Assembly: GCF_006345805.1 (NCBI RefSeq)
Contig: NC_043007.1
Location: forward strand, 58,652,001-58,716,000
Direction of reading: 5' to 3'
Origin: Octopus sinensis
Taxonomy: Eukaryota
DNA length: 64,000 nt
In this document: in pieces, positions 25,145 through 37,089 of the stretch
Layout of the letters: the number at the start of each line of letters is the position of its first letter
Numbering within the stretch: position 1 is the stretch's first letter
Notes under the pieces: model-generated
Databases searched by the model: none
What the model saw: the letters and a program-made list of their open reading frames with translations, nothing else
What the model was told of the DNA's origin: nothing
Position numbers and translations under genes: made by a program

Positions 25145-26601
25145 ATCACTTTCCCTGTCAGCACTACAGCATGGGACCAGAGGTAGGACTTGATTATCTG
25201 TCCATTATGGATTCGTAAACCCTTCTCTCCCATTTGTTTCCTCATCTTTAGCTCGGATATCAGGTTCCTCCGGCGAATTCTCTCTCTTAGTGAGTATTCC
25301 TCGCGAAAACCCATATTGGGGTCCTCCCAGGCATGCGTCTGAGCTCTGTTCAGAAAGACTGAAGCCTCCCGATCAGAAGAAAAGATTACCCTTATTGGGC
25401 GTGGTCTAGTATCTGCGGTTGGGTTCGCTTGGAATCTTCCTAGCCGAGCGACCTTAAGAACACTGACATTTTCGTTCACAGAGAACAATTTTCCAACCAA
25501 AATGGAAACAAAATTAATGTCATCTTTTAGGCGGTTTATGCCTGTATCACAGGTGGATTCAGCTTTGCCATATATTATTGCCGATCTTGAGTGGGCAAAA
25601 AGTTCTCTACTATGAGCTGCGGTATTCGATTCTTCATTGGAGGATTTCGAAAGGGTGGTTTCATAGCCATCGGACTTATGTCGGCCTGTGGGGTCGATCG
25701 GAATGGATTTAGTGGTCATAATTTTCCCGCCTGGTTTGGAACTGCACTGCCTCTTCTTCGGTTTGGAGGAGCACCACTCCCCAGATGAACCCACATCGAG
25801 ATCGTTCAGAATTGGTTGAGCAATGGCATTAATGGGAAGGACAAGTGAAGGAGAATCCAAACAGATTTTATCGTGATCAGGTTTCATAGCCAAATCTGCC
25901 CCTCTGGAGTTTTGACTACGTTTCTTCTTTTGGGGAGAACAACGGTCTTCAGGTGGGTTTGAGTCTACGCTCCTCGAACTAGGTTGGGGAACCTCCGGGA
26001 CCGAAAAGGCAGATGAGGAAGAATCCGCACAGGAACGATCATGTGCAGGAACGACCGCCGGTTCCTTCGCCTTCTTTGGCCGCTTCGATTTTGTTCCCTT
26101 TGGTTTGGACGTCTCCAGGGAAGAAATCAAGGGTGACTCTGCGTCAACAGGAGACCATTTATCGTGGTCAGGTTTCATAGCTAAATCCGCCCCACTGGAG
26201 TTTTGACGGCGTTTCTTCTTTTGGGGAGAACAACGGTCTTCAGGTGGGTTTGAGTCTACGCTCCTCAAATTAGGTTGGGGAACTTCTGGGACCGAAAAGG
26301 CAGATGAGGAAGAATCCGCACGGGAACGATCATGTGCAGAAACGACCGCCGGTTCCTTCGCCTTCTTTGGCCGCCTCGGTTTTGTTCCCTTCGGTTTGGA
26401 CGTCTCCAGGGAAGAAATCAAGGGTGAGTCTGCGTCAACAGGAGACTGTTTATTCAGTAAGAGAGCAACAACAGACTTTAGGTGCTCAACCTCTTGTTTG
26501 AGCAACAGCAACTGTTCGTTGAGCTGACTATTGGTAGGACCATCATCTTGATGAGAAGCCCTACTTGCAGATCTCAGTTTCGATGCGTAGGTAGCTGACA
26601 T
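25141..26601 (-). CDS. CR1 ORF1 protein (486 aa), intact frame
   Basis: N-terminal coiled-coil-like segment, low-complexity linker with a 97-aa tandem duplication, C-terminal RPRPIRVIF...REEYSLRERIRRRNL...GLRIHNGQII typical of LINE ORF1 RNA-binding region; stop overlaps the ORF2 frame. Confidence 0.85.
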   Translation of the reverse strand: MSATYASKLRSASRASHQDDGPTNSQLNEQLLLLKQEVEHLKSVVALLLNKQSPVDADSPLISSLETSKPKGTKPRRPKKAKEPAVVSAHDRSRADSSSSAFSVPEVPQPNLRSVDSNPPEDRCSPQKKKRRQNSSGADLAMKPDHDKWSPVDAESPLISSLETSKPKGTKSKRPKKAKEPAVVPAHDRSCADSSSSAFSVPEVPQPSSRSVDSNPPEDRCSPQKKKRSQNSRGADLAMKPDHDKICLDSPSLVLPINAIAQPILNDLDVGSSGEWCSSKPKKRQCSSKPGGKIMTTKSIPIDPTGRHKSDGYETTLSKSSNEESNTAAHSRELFAHSRSAIIYGKAESTCDTGINRLKDDINFVSILVGKLFSVNENVSVLKVARLGRFQANPTADTRPRPIRVIFSSDREASVFLNRAQTHAWEDPNMGFREEYSLRERIRRRNLISELKMRKQMGEKGLRIHNGQIIKSYLWSHAVVLTGKVM

Positions 26602-27149
26602 GATGGATGGTTGACTAAAAACAATCTTCTATGGGCTCTAGGACAAATCGGGGTTAAATCAGGAACAAAAAACAAGTGCAATCCTTGTAGGAGTAGGCAA
26701 CAGCAGACAAAAACTGAGAGAGTTTGGGCTGAGCCGAATCACAATCCAAGATTGAAAGCAGACGGTGCAACGAGTCGGGAACCCTTCCTAATTGTCTGAA
26801 GCAGCTTTAGGATAAGGGATAGTATGTCCAAACTTTAAAATATTGATATGCATGTAACATGTTCCACACGATTAAATATCATTTGACGTGCCATTTAGTA
26901 CTTCAATAATTGCATCTGCGCATGTTTGTATATGTGTGAATACTGTGTTTATGTGCGAGAAGGCACATGTTTTTGTCTATTGTTAAATTAGATTATTAAT
27001 TTTTCTTTTTTTCTCACGTTTTTCCCTTTTGTACAGCATTGCTTTCTCATTTAATTGCTATATTCTACATATGTGGAAAATCAGTATGTGTTTGTTTGTG
27101 GCATTGTTAGCTAACTCCTTCTATATTGTTTTATTGATTTTGATGAAAT

Positions 27150-27581
27150 GACACATGAGTAGAACTCATGTCTAGAAACCTCGTGACATACTTATATTGT
27201 TGAAAAAATCGATAATACGGCCCCTGGACAGGACCTTTATAGCTACCTCATATAACTAATTTTTCTAAACACCCATGGGAAATAACCCATAGCACATGTA
27301 CAATATTTTTTTAAACACTTAATGGAAATAACCCATTTCATTGTTTATGTTAAATTACTTTGAATATTGATTTTTTGTGTGTCCTATTTCTAATTTTTGC
27401 AGACAATATCACATTTATACTTTATTGGACACATGAATAGAACTCATGTCTGGAAACCTCATGACATACTTCAATTGTTGAAAAATATCGATAATAGGGC
27501 CCTTCCAATGGATCCTTCTATCTACTACATATAACTAATATTTTATTTAAACAACCCAAGGGAAATAACCCATACCACCTG
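27150..27581. repeat. Diverged ~150-bp direct repeat, 278-bp offset
   Basis: GACACATGAGTAGAACTCATGTCTAGAAACC...GGGAAATAACCCATA at 27150-27298 recurs at 27428-27581. Confidence 0.8.
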
Positions 27582-27639
27582 CAGATTTTAACGAAACAAT
27601 CAATATTTGATTCTCACGATCAGCCAACCTAGGAGTGTG

Positions 27640-28200
27640 GATCAGGTCTTGTATCTGTTTGCACCTCTAGAGATTACTAAAGTATTTCTACATTGGTCAA
27701 AACAGGCTGATAGGAATTTCTAGGTTAGTTTGTTTGATCCAAGCTAAACCTTAATCAAACAGTAGGTTTTTTCTGGCATGCATTATTACATCTGGTTCCC
27801 CAGAGCTAATTTCAGTAAACCCTTTAATGAAACTAAGTACCCTATATAACAACTTTTTCCAAATGGATGGATAAAAGTTCACAAATCAAATTGAATAAAG
27901 TTTGTTCTGATTCTAATCTGCTTTGCTTAAAATATGAAATTACTTCAAAATTCCTGTATGAAGGAGAGACAAGGTGCCTTCCTTATGTCATCATTGATTT
28001 TCCTAAGCGTATGTTAACTCAACAGCCCAATCTATAATTTCACAGGGTTAATCAAGTAGCACTTGTGGTTCAGCATGAAATTTGGCTTGTTATCTTTAAT
28101 AGTTATGAAAGGAATTTTCCATAGATAAAGTTTCCCCTCTGTCTGGTATGCTTGCTAACTGTTAGGCCATATTGTTAATGATATCATATGTTTGAGTGGG
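27640..28200 (-). mobile_element. Penelope-like reverse transcriptase relic
   Basis: Minus strand FITIKDNKPNFMLNHKCYLINPVKL*IGLLS*HTLRKINDDIRKA...FIQFD matches the PLE RT segment FITLKDHK.NF...P.CRLINP.K..IG..SK...FD as I recall it. Confidence 0.7.
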
Positions 28201-29570
28201 AACTCTCTTATAGTTTTGTGTGATACTATTCCCTAAAAATCTATTATATGTCTTAGGTTTTAGTTTCTATAATTTTTAAATATAATCCAAGAAAAGTAAA
28301 GTCCTATCTGAATTTTTAAGGAAGCACATATCGAAATAAAGCTTTTTAATATGATTAAATTTAGTAAAGGTAGGGTGAGGCAAAATGTTTAGCAGCATTT
28401 TGTCCATCCATACATTCTGATTTCAAATTCTATTGAGATCAACTTTGCTTTTCATCCTTTCAGGGTCGATAAAATAAGTACCAGTTGAACACTGGGGTTG
28501 ATATAATTGACCTACATCTGTCCCTGAACTTGGAGTTGTGTCAAAATTTGAATCCAACATAATTAAATTATTTGCATATGGATTTCAGTAATGAGTGATA
28601 TCTCTGGACAAGTTTTAACCTTATTAAACCTCACTAATGAGATATAGTCCAACAATGACAGATAGATTTCGGGGAATGAATACTTAGTTAAAGTAGCTGT
28701 CCCTTGGCAGTGAGTGATTATGACCTGGTAGCATGTACCACACTTTTTTTTAATTGCTTTAAGAGCCTACATAATAATGAGCATAGATAGACAGCCTCTC
28801 AGTCCAGCCTTCTTGCCCTTGACTCAGCGAAGCAGTGAGGACGTAGCTGAGAAAAAGTTGCAACAGTACTAGGCTGACACTAGAGCAACACAAAATGAAA
28901 TGCTTTGCTCAAAGATACTACTCGTCACCCCGTCCAGGAATTGAACATACGACCTTCTGATTGTAAACACAGTACCAAACCTATAGGCTTTCACGGTATA
29001 CTTAGTAATAACAAGAACACAAGAAATGTCAATTAATTAAAATCACACTGTTAATGTGAAGACTCATTTCTCGATCATATTTAATCATATTATTATGTCG
29101 AGTTAAGGCAGGAAGCTGGCAGAATGATTGGCATACCAGCTAATGTAAAGACGACAAAATGCATAGCGGCATTTTGTCCGTCTTTACGTTCAAATTCCGC
29201 CGAGGTCCAGCTTGACTTTCATCCTTTCGAGATCGATAAAATAACTACTAGTTAAGCACTGGGCCCTGTAATCAACTTACCTTCACCCTATAAAATTGCT
29301 GGCCTTGTGCCAAAATTTGAAATCATTATAATTTCGAGTTGTCTCCCCTGTTTTGTTTTGTTTTTCTTTTTTTAAATTAGATTTAGTTACTCAAGAAAAT
29401 GATTGGTTGCATTACAACTGTTTTAATTTTAATTGATTACATTTTCTTGAGTTTCTACATCAAGTATGCTAGCATGCACATTAGTATTAAGTTGTTTTTT
29501 TTTAAGAAGTATGTTTCACTGGGTGATTCCACACCACTCCTTATCAGTCATTTCATTATTATATCAAGCC

Positions 29571-29616
29571 GACGTCACGAAGTGAAGGGAAATAACTCTT
29601 AAACCCGGAAGAGTTA
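29571..29616 (+). promoter_or_regulatory. Candidate Artemis core promoter (CRE-like and ETS motifs)
   Basis: GACGTCAC at 29571-29578 and CCGGAAG at 29605-29611, in a locally CpG-containing stretch ~250-290 bp upstream of the ATG. The TSS cannot be determined from sequence. Confidence 0.4.
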
Positions 29617-29861
29617 ACTAAATATTAACAGGTCCAGGAAACTGTCCTGTAAAGTACTGCTACGATGAGAACTGTTAAAATATTGCTGATATTCCTGGTT
29701 TATACGGAAATACAAATATGAGAACTTTAAAATATTACTGTGTTATATCTTGAAGCAGTCTTGCTGCATAAGAAACTGCCAATATAAGAACTTTTAAAAT
29801 GTTGCTGTGTCCTGTTATTGCCGTATTCTATCCTGAATCAGTCTTGTGAGGAACTGTCACG

Positions 29862-29970
29862 ATGAGTACCTTTGAGGGTCGGATGTTAGAATATTCTTTC
29901 ATATCTCTTGACCGATTTGATGGAGAGAACTTGTCATCTACAGTGTTCTTTCTATCTCATACACACTTCG
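29862..29970 (+). CDS. DCLRE1C: Artemis exon 1 ([36 protein letters not shown])
   Basis: Matches the human Artemis N-terminus [20 protein letters not shown]; D17 and HxHxD motif; 109 nt; GTATGC donor, phase 1. Confidence 0.95.
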
Positions 29971-31019
29971 GTATGCATTTCAAATCTTGTTAACTTCAAA
30001 AAGGTTGGCGGGGGAGGGTTCCGACCCTACTTTCTCCGAAGTTATGGCTTAATGGTTAAGTTTGTTTCACAATAATGAGGCCTCGGGTTCGAGCTCATTC
30101 TGTGACACGCTGGAAAATATTTTCTGTTGATGAAAGTTTGGTTATCGTAAATAGTGCGAGGATTTATTATATGTGTAATGTAATTATCACGTTGTAGGTT
30201 TTTTGTTGCCTTTAAAAATTTATTTTTGTAACCCTTCCTGCAAGATTATTTCTATTTCCCTCTGCTGTTTCATTCATCAAGGATGAATAGCAAATGTAAT
30301 TTGAGTCAAAGGAATATATACGTACACATCTCCACTCATAGACTCACACATCTCCAAATATAAACACACACATATACTTACATAAATACAAATATACATT
30401 ACCGATACCGAATGTATGCAAAAAGATAACCTGGTTAACATGATGTTTAGTATTGTGAAAAACTGATAGTAAATTAATTTGGAATTGTCGATAGCAAAAT
30501 TCTATAATTTCATAATACCAGGGATGTGTTTCGTATTTCATAGGTAGGCTTCCTGTTGTTAGTTTAGGCAACATATATCGTTATGAAGTTGTGAACCATT
30601 CTTTGAATTTTGTTGATCCGACGATATGAGCATCTATTTGCAATATGTCGAATGGCGATGGATACGCGCCAAGTAGAAAATCAGCTGACAATACGGAACT
30701 AGTGATGCTTTATTTACATTGTATCTGAATAAGCGTATATGGTGAAAAATGTTCAGAGGCCGTGAAAAAAGCTATATATACGCACACACACACACGTTCT
30801 ATGCAGTCTTTAAACTAATTTACTTTACTGTCGTCACTTCTAGTTGATATAGCAATTTACTTTCACTTTTGTAGGACACTATACTGCGTGTTAACCACCC
30901 GAACTCCATCTTTGCAAAATAAATTTTTCAACCACACAGCTATGCTTACGACTATGGGAACCAAAATGGTTACACGTGTTGATTTGCTTTTGTTTTTAAT
31001 CTATATATTTGTATGCAGG

Positions 31020-32672
31020 TACATACAGTTTATTTCTAGGGCCTTTTTTTTTTTTTCATTCCCTAGAAAAAGCATGCAGTGAAGTACATGAGGCATTCAG
31101 CAACTATCAAAAAGCTGGCAACAATGATACTAAACAAACTTTACAAAGAAAGAAAGAGGGTCTAAAACAGGTGTACCAAGAGATTCAAGAACTGGATGAA
31201 ATCTCCTAGGTCAAAAATGCAGATGCAAAAAGTAAGCACAGAGAAAGCTGGAGGCTGATTAACTCCCAAAGCTGCAAAGCAGGGAATCATCAAAGGACAA
31301 GAGAATCAAAGAGTGGTTCACTCATTTCTACAACTTGGGAAGGATCCAAAAGTTGACATTGAAACAGAAAATGAAGAATTAGCAAAGATACTTGATGGTT
31401 AGCAAATCAAGGAAGGAGACTTCACAAAACAAGAAATAGAAAGAGTTACAAGTAACCTGAAAGAAGGAAAACAACATTCCTCCAGAAGTACTAAAAAGAT
31501 GTGATTTTGATGACATCCTTGAATTTGCAAACAAACTACTAAATGACAATGTGAAGCCAGAACAATAGATAGACTGAGATAGATTTGCTACCACTGCCCA
31601 AAACTGGAGACCTAAGTGATACTGGGAATTACAGAGGGATCAGTCTGTTATCCATTGTCGCAAAAATGGTCAACAAGATGATACTTAACCAAATACAACC
31701 TAACATAGACAAACGATTGTGAGCAAATCAAAATGGATTCAGATCAGGACGGTCAACAACATCTCACATTGTCGCACTTAGAAGACTGAGAGAGAGAAAG
31801 TTAAGAGCCATAACAGGAAGGCTATCATTATCTATGTAGACTTTAAAAAGGTTTTTGATTCAGTACATAGAGGCTTGATGATGAAGATACTTAAAGCATA
31901 TGATATTCCACCAAGAATTCTGAGAGCAATAAGTTAGCTGTATGAAAACACCCGAGCAAAAGTGATCACTCCTGATGGAGAGACGGAATACTTTGAAGTC
32001 AAAGCTTTGACTTCAAAGTATTCCGTCTCTCTGTATTACAAGGTGACATGCTACTACCTTATCTCTTCGCCATCGTTCTGCACTATGTAATATGTAGAAC
32101 GTACAAGGGAGAAGAACTGGGATTCAAACTGCATAGGCAAAGAAGTAGACAGCATCAAGCAGTAACAGTAACTGACCTAGACTATGCTGATGACCTGGCA
32201 TTATTAACAGAGAGGATAGATCAGGCACAGGAGATGCTGAGCAGATTAGAACAGGAATTGGTTGGGGAAGGTAAGGTTGTACTGTAACGCAAAGAAAGCA
32301 GAGCTGCAAGTATTCAGAGATGGTAAGTTGTTCAAGGTAGTTGAAACTTTCAAATACTTAGGTGCGTGGACACAAAGTACTGAAAAAGCCATCGTAGCAA
32401 AGAAAGCACTTGTGTGGAGCACATGTCATAAATTGAGAAAGGTATGGAGTTCAAAGTTAGCAAGGAAATTGAAAGTGAGGTTGTTTCTGGCAACAATAGA
32501 GTCTGTTCTTCTATACGGGGCTGAATTATGCACACTCACTAAAGCATTGAAGAAGCAGTTGGATGGTTATTATATGAGTATGCTTAGAATGGCATTCAAT
32601 GTCTCCTGGAAGAGTCATACAACAAATGCTGACTTATACCAGGGACTACCAAAAGTAACATTGACTATATGA
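31020..32672 (+). mobile_element. Decayed RTE/RTEX-like LINE ORF2 fragment in Artemis intron 1
   Basis: NYRGISLLSIVAK, QNGFRSGRST, YVDFKKVFDSVH, LQGD..PYLF, DLDYADD, FKYLG, ESVLLYGAE motifs with stops and frameshifts. Confidence 0.9.
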
Positions 32673-33914
32673 TCAGGAATTCAAAATTATTATCGGCAAT
32701 ATGTTATGCATTCTATACTTTTGTAACAGTTATATGTGGTTGTTTATTTGTTGTGCTTCAGTTGAGATAGATGAAAGTTCAATTCTCAGGTGTCACCAAG
32801 TATGCAATGGTTATGGTTTGAAGACAGCTATGAAATAAAAGACAGAAGAAAATAATTGTTGAAATGGTCTTTATTTTACTGTTACAATTACAAAAGACAA
32901 CTGCTCCGACTTTTTGTTGCATAAAGATTAGTCAAAGTTCTACTGTCCATTTCATAGGTAGCTGTGTTCATCTTTTGTCAACTTCTAGGAGATGTAAGGA
33001 AGGAGAGAGAGAAAGAATAATAGAATTTGCCTCTCTGGATTGACAAGTAGAGAGGAGACCTAAAAGTTGTATAGTCCCTCGGTGACATGTACATAAAGTG
33101 CTCCTTTGCCTAAGCACAGATGAAAGAGGGATGCTCTTCAACAAGGTGCTGAGTGAAAGAGGAAGAATTGAATTTGAATTTTGTATTTATAATATTTTCC
33201 TATTAAATTAAATCAGGATAAATGATTTTGCATCTGTTATCTGATCTGAACTGTATTTAACCTAAGGATTTTCAGTGTACAATAGAACTTATCTAAATAT
33301 GACAATTGACTCTCATAAATTTCTTAGTGCTAATTCCAAGAAGAATAAGAAGAAATTCAAAGAAAAATCTAGTCTAGGTTTTGAATCCTGGCTAAGAATC
33401 CAAGAAGCAATTCACTTAACTTTTTTCAGTTTGCTGAGTTGCCTACATATTTCATTTCTTAATTAATAAATGTGATGTTAGTATGAAAAATTGGCTGTAA
33501 TTAGTTTGTTTTTAAATAATCATTTTATTTAAAAGAACTTTTGTTTATTCTTTTCAGTGTTAGCCATGTCTTTAGTTGTTATATAAATTCTCATATTTTC
33601 AGAAATTGTTGACTTAGCTTTTTTCCTTCACTGGGAACCTTAATGTCTTTGAGACATAAAGTTAGAGTAGAACCTATTATCAGCATAACAGCCTCCCAAT
33701 TGTTTGTCATCTGTTTTTCTATCACTTATACACTATTGTATCAAAGGATACAATTTAATATTGTCTGATAATCCAATATTTAACACCTTCAGCCACACAA
33801 CCACAAATCTTCAATGTTTCAAATCTCATTACAGCTGTAGTATTTTAGGAAATACAAAGGGTAAAGTAGGGAGATACGTACATGCCATTTTGATTTATTT
33901 TTATTATTTTTCAG

Positions 33915-33966
33915 ATCACACCCAGGGACTTAATGAGCCAAAGTTTTTGGAAGTTCTTGAGAAAAG
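33915..33966 (+). CDS. DCLRE1C: Artemis exon 2 (DHTQGLNEPKFLEVLEKR)
   Basis: TTTTTTCAG acceptor, GTATGC donor; completes the HxHxDH motif; 52 nt. Confidence 0.93.
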
Positions 33967-34749
33967 GTATGCTGTTGAAAACAAATTTACTTTCATCATA
34001 TCTAGAGCTAAAATCTTCACGACCACTAAACTCCCTAAAATTTAGCTGTGTTAAATCAATGAGAAAGGAGCTTTCCACTGGATAAGATACCTCACTATTA
34101 TTGATATTATTTACAAATTTGGCACTTATTTATATAAGCTACATAGACTGAGGTACACTTAGACATGTCTCAGGAATTTATAGATAATTTCTATACATTG
34201 ACAGAGATACCTGTGGCTGTACAGATTTCTCTATATTATTTTTCTCTTACATGAATTGTTTCCCATTACCTGCAGCAGTCAGAAATGAAGTTTTCAACTA
34301 TTGCCAGGTCTGATACCTACAACTGATATTGGCAGTTAGATGAACTGAAAAATATTTATAGAAGTCTCTTGCTCAGAGACAATGTAGAGCCTCCAGTAGG
34401 TATGACCCTACAATCTATGAGCTGATTACCTAATGTCTTATCAACTCTGACAGTTTATTTCCTTATTTTCTGTAACTGACATTATCACCATGATTATTAT
34501 CATGTTTGTCATCATTATAGTCATCAGTTGTCACCATCAACATCTTGATTTTTATGTCTTTTCTTTTCTATGCTAGCATGGATTGAATGAGACTTATTGA
34601 GGAAGTCTGCTATGACTGGATGCTTTTCCTGTTGCCACTCTTTATTTGTGTTTTTCAAGTTAGATAAATTTTGTATTTTACTCTACTGCTCATTCTGCAT
34701 TCAAATCTATGAAACCATCAAACTACGGGATATGCTGTTTATAGATGTT

Positions 34750-35275
34750 AACAAATGTCATCATTGCTTTATGTAAGAAAAGGATGGGAAAGACTCTGGA
34801 GTTATTGCCTCAAATGGCAACAAAAGTATTCTCTGAGAGTAAGGTAAATCATAAGATGCATATGTATGAAGTGCTGTATACCATAGAAGTGAAACATGGA
34901 CACTGAGCTGAAGATGTGCAAAGATTTGGCAGAAATGAAGCAACCATGCTCTACTGGATGTCTAATGTTAGTATGCATGAACAATGGAGTACAAATGAAT
35001 GAACAGAAAAATTGGCTGTAAGAAGCATCAAATGTAGTTTGCAAGCAAGATGACTGAGCTGGAACTGATATGTGGTGCATATGAAAGATGACAGTTGGGT
35101 TGAGACATTCTGAGTGACCCAAAGGGAAGCAACTTGTAGAAAAAAGAAAGACATGGGGTGGGGGAATGCTGAAGGCTAAGTTTCACAAAAAAAGGATGAT
35201 AAAGGATACGAGTGGTAACATGTTGTACTAAAGAGCCATGCAACCATGGAAAGTGAAGTGTTAAATGCTGATGAT
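34750..35275 (+). mobile_element. RTE-clade LINE 3' relic
   Basis: Degenerate SETW..S*RCAKIWQK / RNEATMLYWMSNVS; 3' end CCATGCAACCATGGAAAGTGAAGTGTTAAATGCTGATGAT. Confidence 0.7.
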
Positions 35276-35309
35276 CACTGTTCAATCTTCATATTTTTCT
35301 TTTGTACAG

Positions 35310-35394
35310 GCAATCTACTCATTTATACTGTTCTAAAATGGTACAAACCATTCTTCTCAAAATGCCTAGTTTTAAAAAACTGGAACCTCATATA
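35310..35394 (+). CDS. DCLRE1C: Artemis exon 3 (QSTHLYCSKMVQTILLKMPSFKKLEPHI)
   Basis: TTTGTACAG acceptor, GTAAGT donor; LYCS motif; 85 nt, phase 2 to 0. Confidence 0.93.
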
Positions 35395-35805
35395 GTAAGT
35401 AACTCTTGTTCTTTTTTTCTTTTTTTTTTATGTTGTGATTGAATGATGTCTGTATCCAAAATATTGTTCTTCTCACCTCTCTCAATCTGGTTGACATGAG
35501 ATACCACAGTTCTTGTTTTATATTTGGGAGAGTTTTGAAATACAACAACTTCCTTGAAAATACAAATACATACATACATGTATGCATATACCCACATTTC
35601 ATTAGTTAATTCACAAGTTATTTCATTAGTTAATTCTAAATACTGTCATACTCATTGCTAGTGTTGTATAATAGAAAACTATGGTTTCCTAAGAGCAACA
35701 TAATTCTACCCTAATATCTCTTACTGACATGAAGACCACATATTTTACACTCGTCCAAGATTTTTTTGAGTTTTGTTTTTAAATTTTCTTTTAATTATCA
35801 TGCAG

Positions 35806-35868
35806 AAAGTACTAGAAGTCAACAGTCCAACTGTAATTGAAGTCCCCAATGATGAACATTCTTCTCAA
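35806..35868 (+). CDS. DCLRE1C: Artemis exon 4 (KVLEVNSPTVIEVPNDEHSSQ)
   Basis: TGCAG acceptor, GTAAGA donor; aligns with human ISIEIETPTQISLVDE; 63 nt. Confidence 0.88.
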
Positions 35869-37089
35869 GTAAGATAACTTAAAAAAATTTCTTTTATTGT
35901 TTTAAATTGATTTGGCTTCTTTTTTTTTCTGTATTATATTTTTAAGTCAAAAAAATCAACTGTCATTGAACAATTTTTCCAGGCAGTAACAGGTTATTAG
36001 AGCAAAACTGAAGATTGTTGACAATTGCCAATAGCACTGTCTTGAATTTGGCCTTTCTCAATATGTAAGAAGGGAGTGGGTAGGAACTCGACACTGTGTA
36101 CTTCATGTGAGAAACGGATAGTAAAATCTATGGTAAGCTGATAAAGGACGAGAACTTTAAATAAGATAGATGCACAATAGCAGGACTCATGAAATACAGT
36201 TCATGAACAGCTCTCATGAATCAGAAGCTGATAAGTGTTATAATCTAACTGAGCCATTAAAAACTGGAATTGGTTGTAGCTAAAACAAAGTAACTAGTGT
36301 AAGGAAGGAATGAAATACGTTTAGAGAAATGTTATATCTGTTGACAACAAAGATATTTTTTCTACATGCAAAAAGCAGGCCATTTGTGTGTGACATCATA
36401 TAGTAGTGAGACATAACCATTAAATATGGAATGTTGGCAATGTCAAAGGAAAATGAAAATATGATCTCTTGAATACATTCTGTTAACTTACTCGTGTAAC
36501 ACAGCATGAATGAGTTGATGGGGTGGCTAGTCATTAAAGGTATCAACTGAAGTGAAAAAATGTCCAAGCTGTTCATTGTTCAGTGGACTGAACGATAATT
36601 ACTTTGCTTGGAATCAGATAAGTTTTGGCATTAGGAAGGACATTCAGCTGAAGAAAATTCTGCCTCAATGAAGTCTCACCTGATCCATTCAGATATTTAA
36701 AAAAAGTGGTTGTTACTACAGTGAGGATGCTGTTATATGTATCTGTGTATATCATTGCTATCATCATCATCATTTAATGTTTTGTCTTCCATGCCACATG
36801 GGTTGAACAGTTCTACAGAATCTGATGAGTCAAAGGACTGTCAAACTCTAGTGTCTTTTTTTGCATTGTTTTAAGAATCGGATAACCTCAGTGTATTGGG
36901 TGCTTTTTTCATGGCCCCAGCACTAGTAATGCTGCCAAATAACTCACAAAACAAAAATACCCTCTTGATTGAGTTGGTGTGTAGTAAAGACATAGATGGC
37001 TTTATGACAGGTGTCAGAAAGCTAATAGATGAACAGAAACAGGTGTCTTGCTTCAGAGGACATATGTAGCTACTTTGCGTTATACCAGG

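Larger units (their letters stand above)
22225..26800 (-). mobile_element. Near full-length CR1-clade non-LTR retrotransposon (LINE)
   Basis: ORF1 plus APE-RT ORF2 on the minus strand; 3' (AACT)n microsatellite tail at 22225-22250; much more GC/CpG-rich than flanks; 5' boundary approximate; no TSD found. Confidence 0.95.

Noticed and set aside
25141-25156. GGGAAAG near the ORF1/ORF2 overlap as a -1 frameshift site
   Set aside because: The heptamer is not in the X XXY YYZ register relative to ORF1 codons (GGG AAA GTG).
30344-30720. 76-aa minus-strand ORF and CpG patch in Artemis intron 1 (possible antisense gene)
   Set aside because: No recognisable domain; the IPG...FAIDN resemblance to SNM1 proteins is broken by a stop. 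No MEIG1-like head-to-head neighbour was found either.
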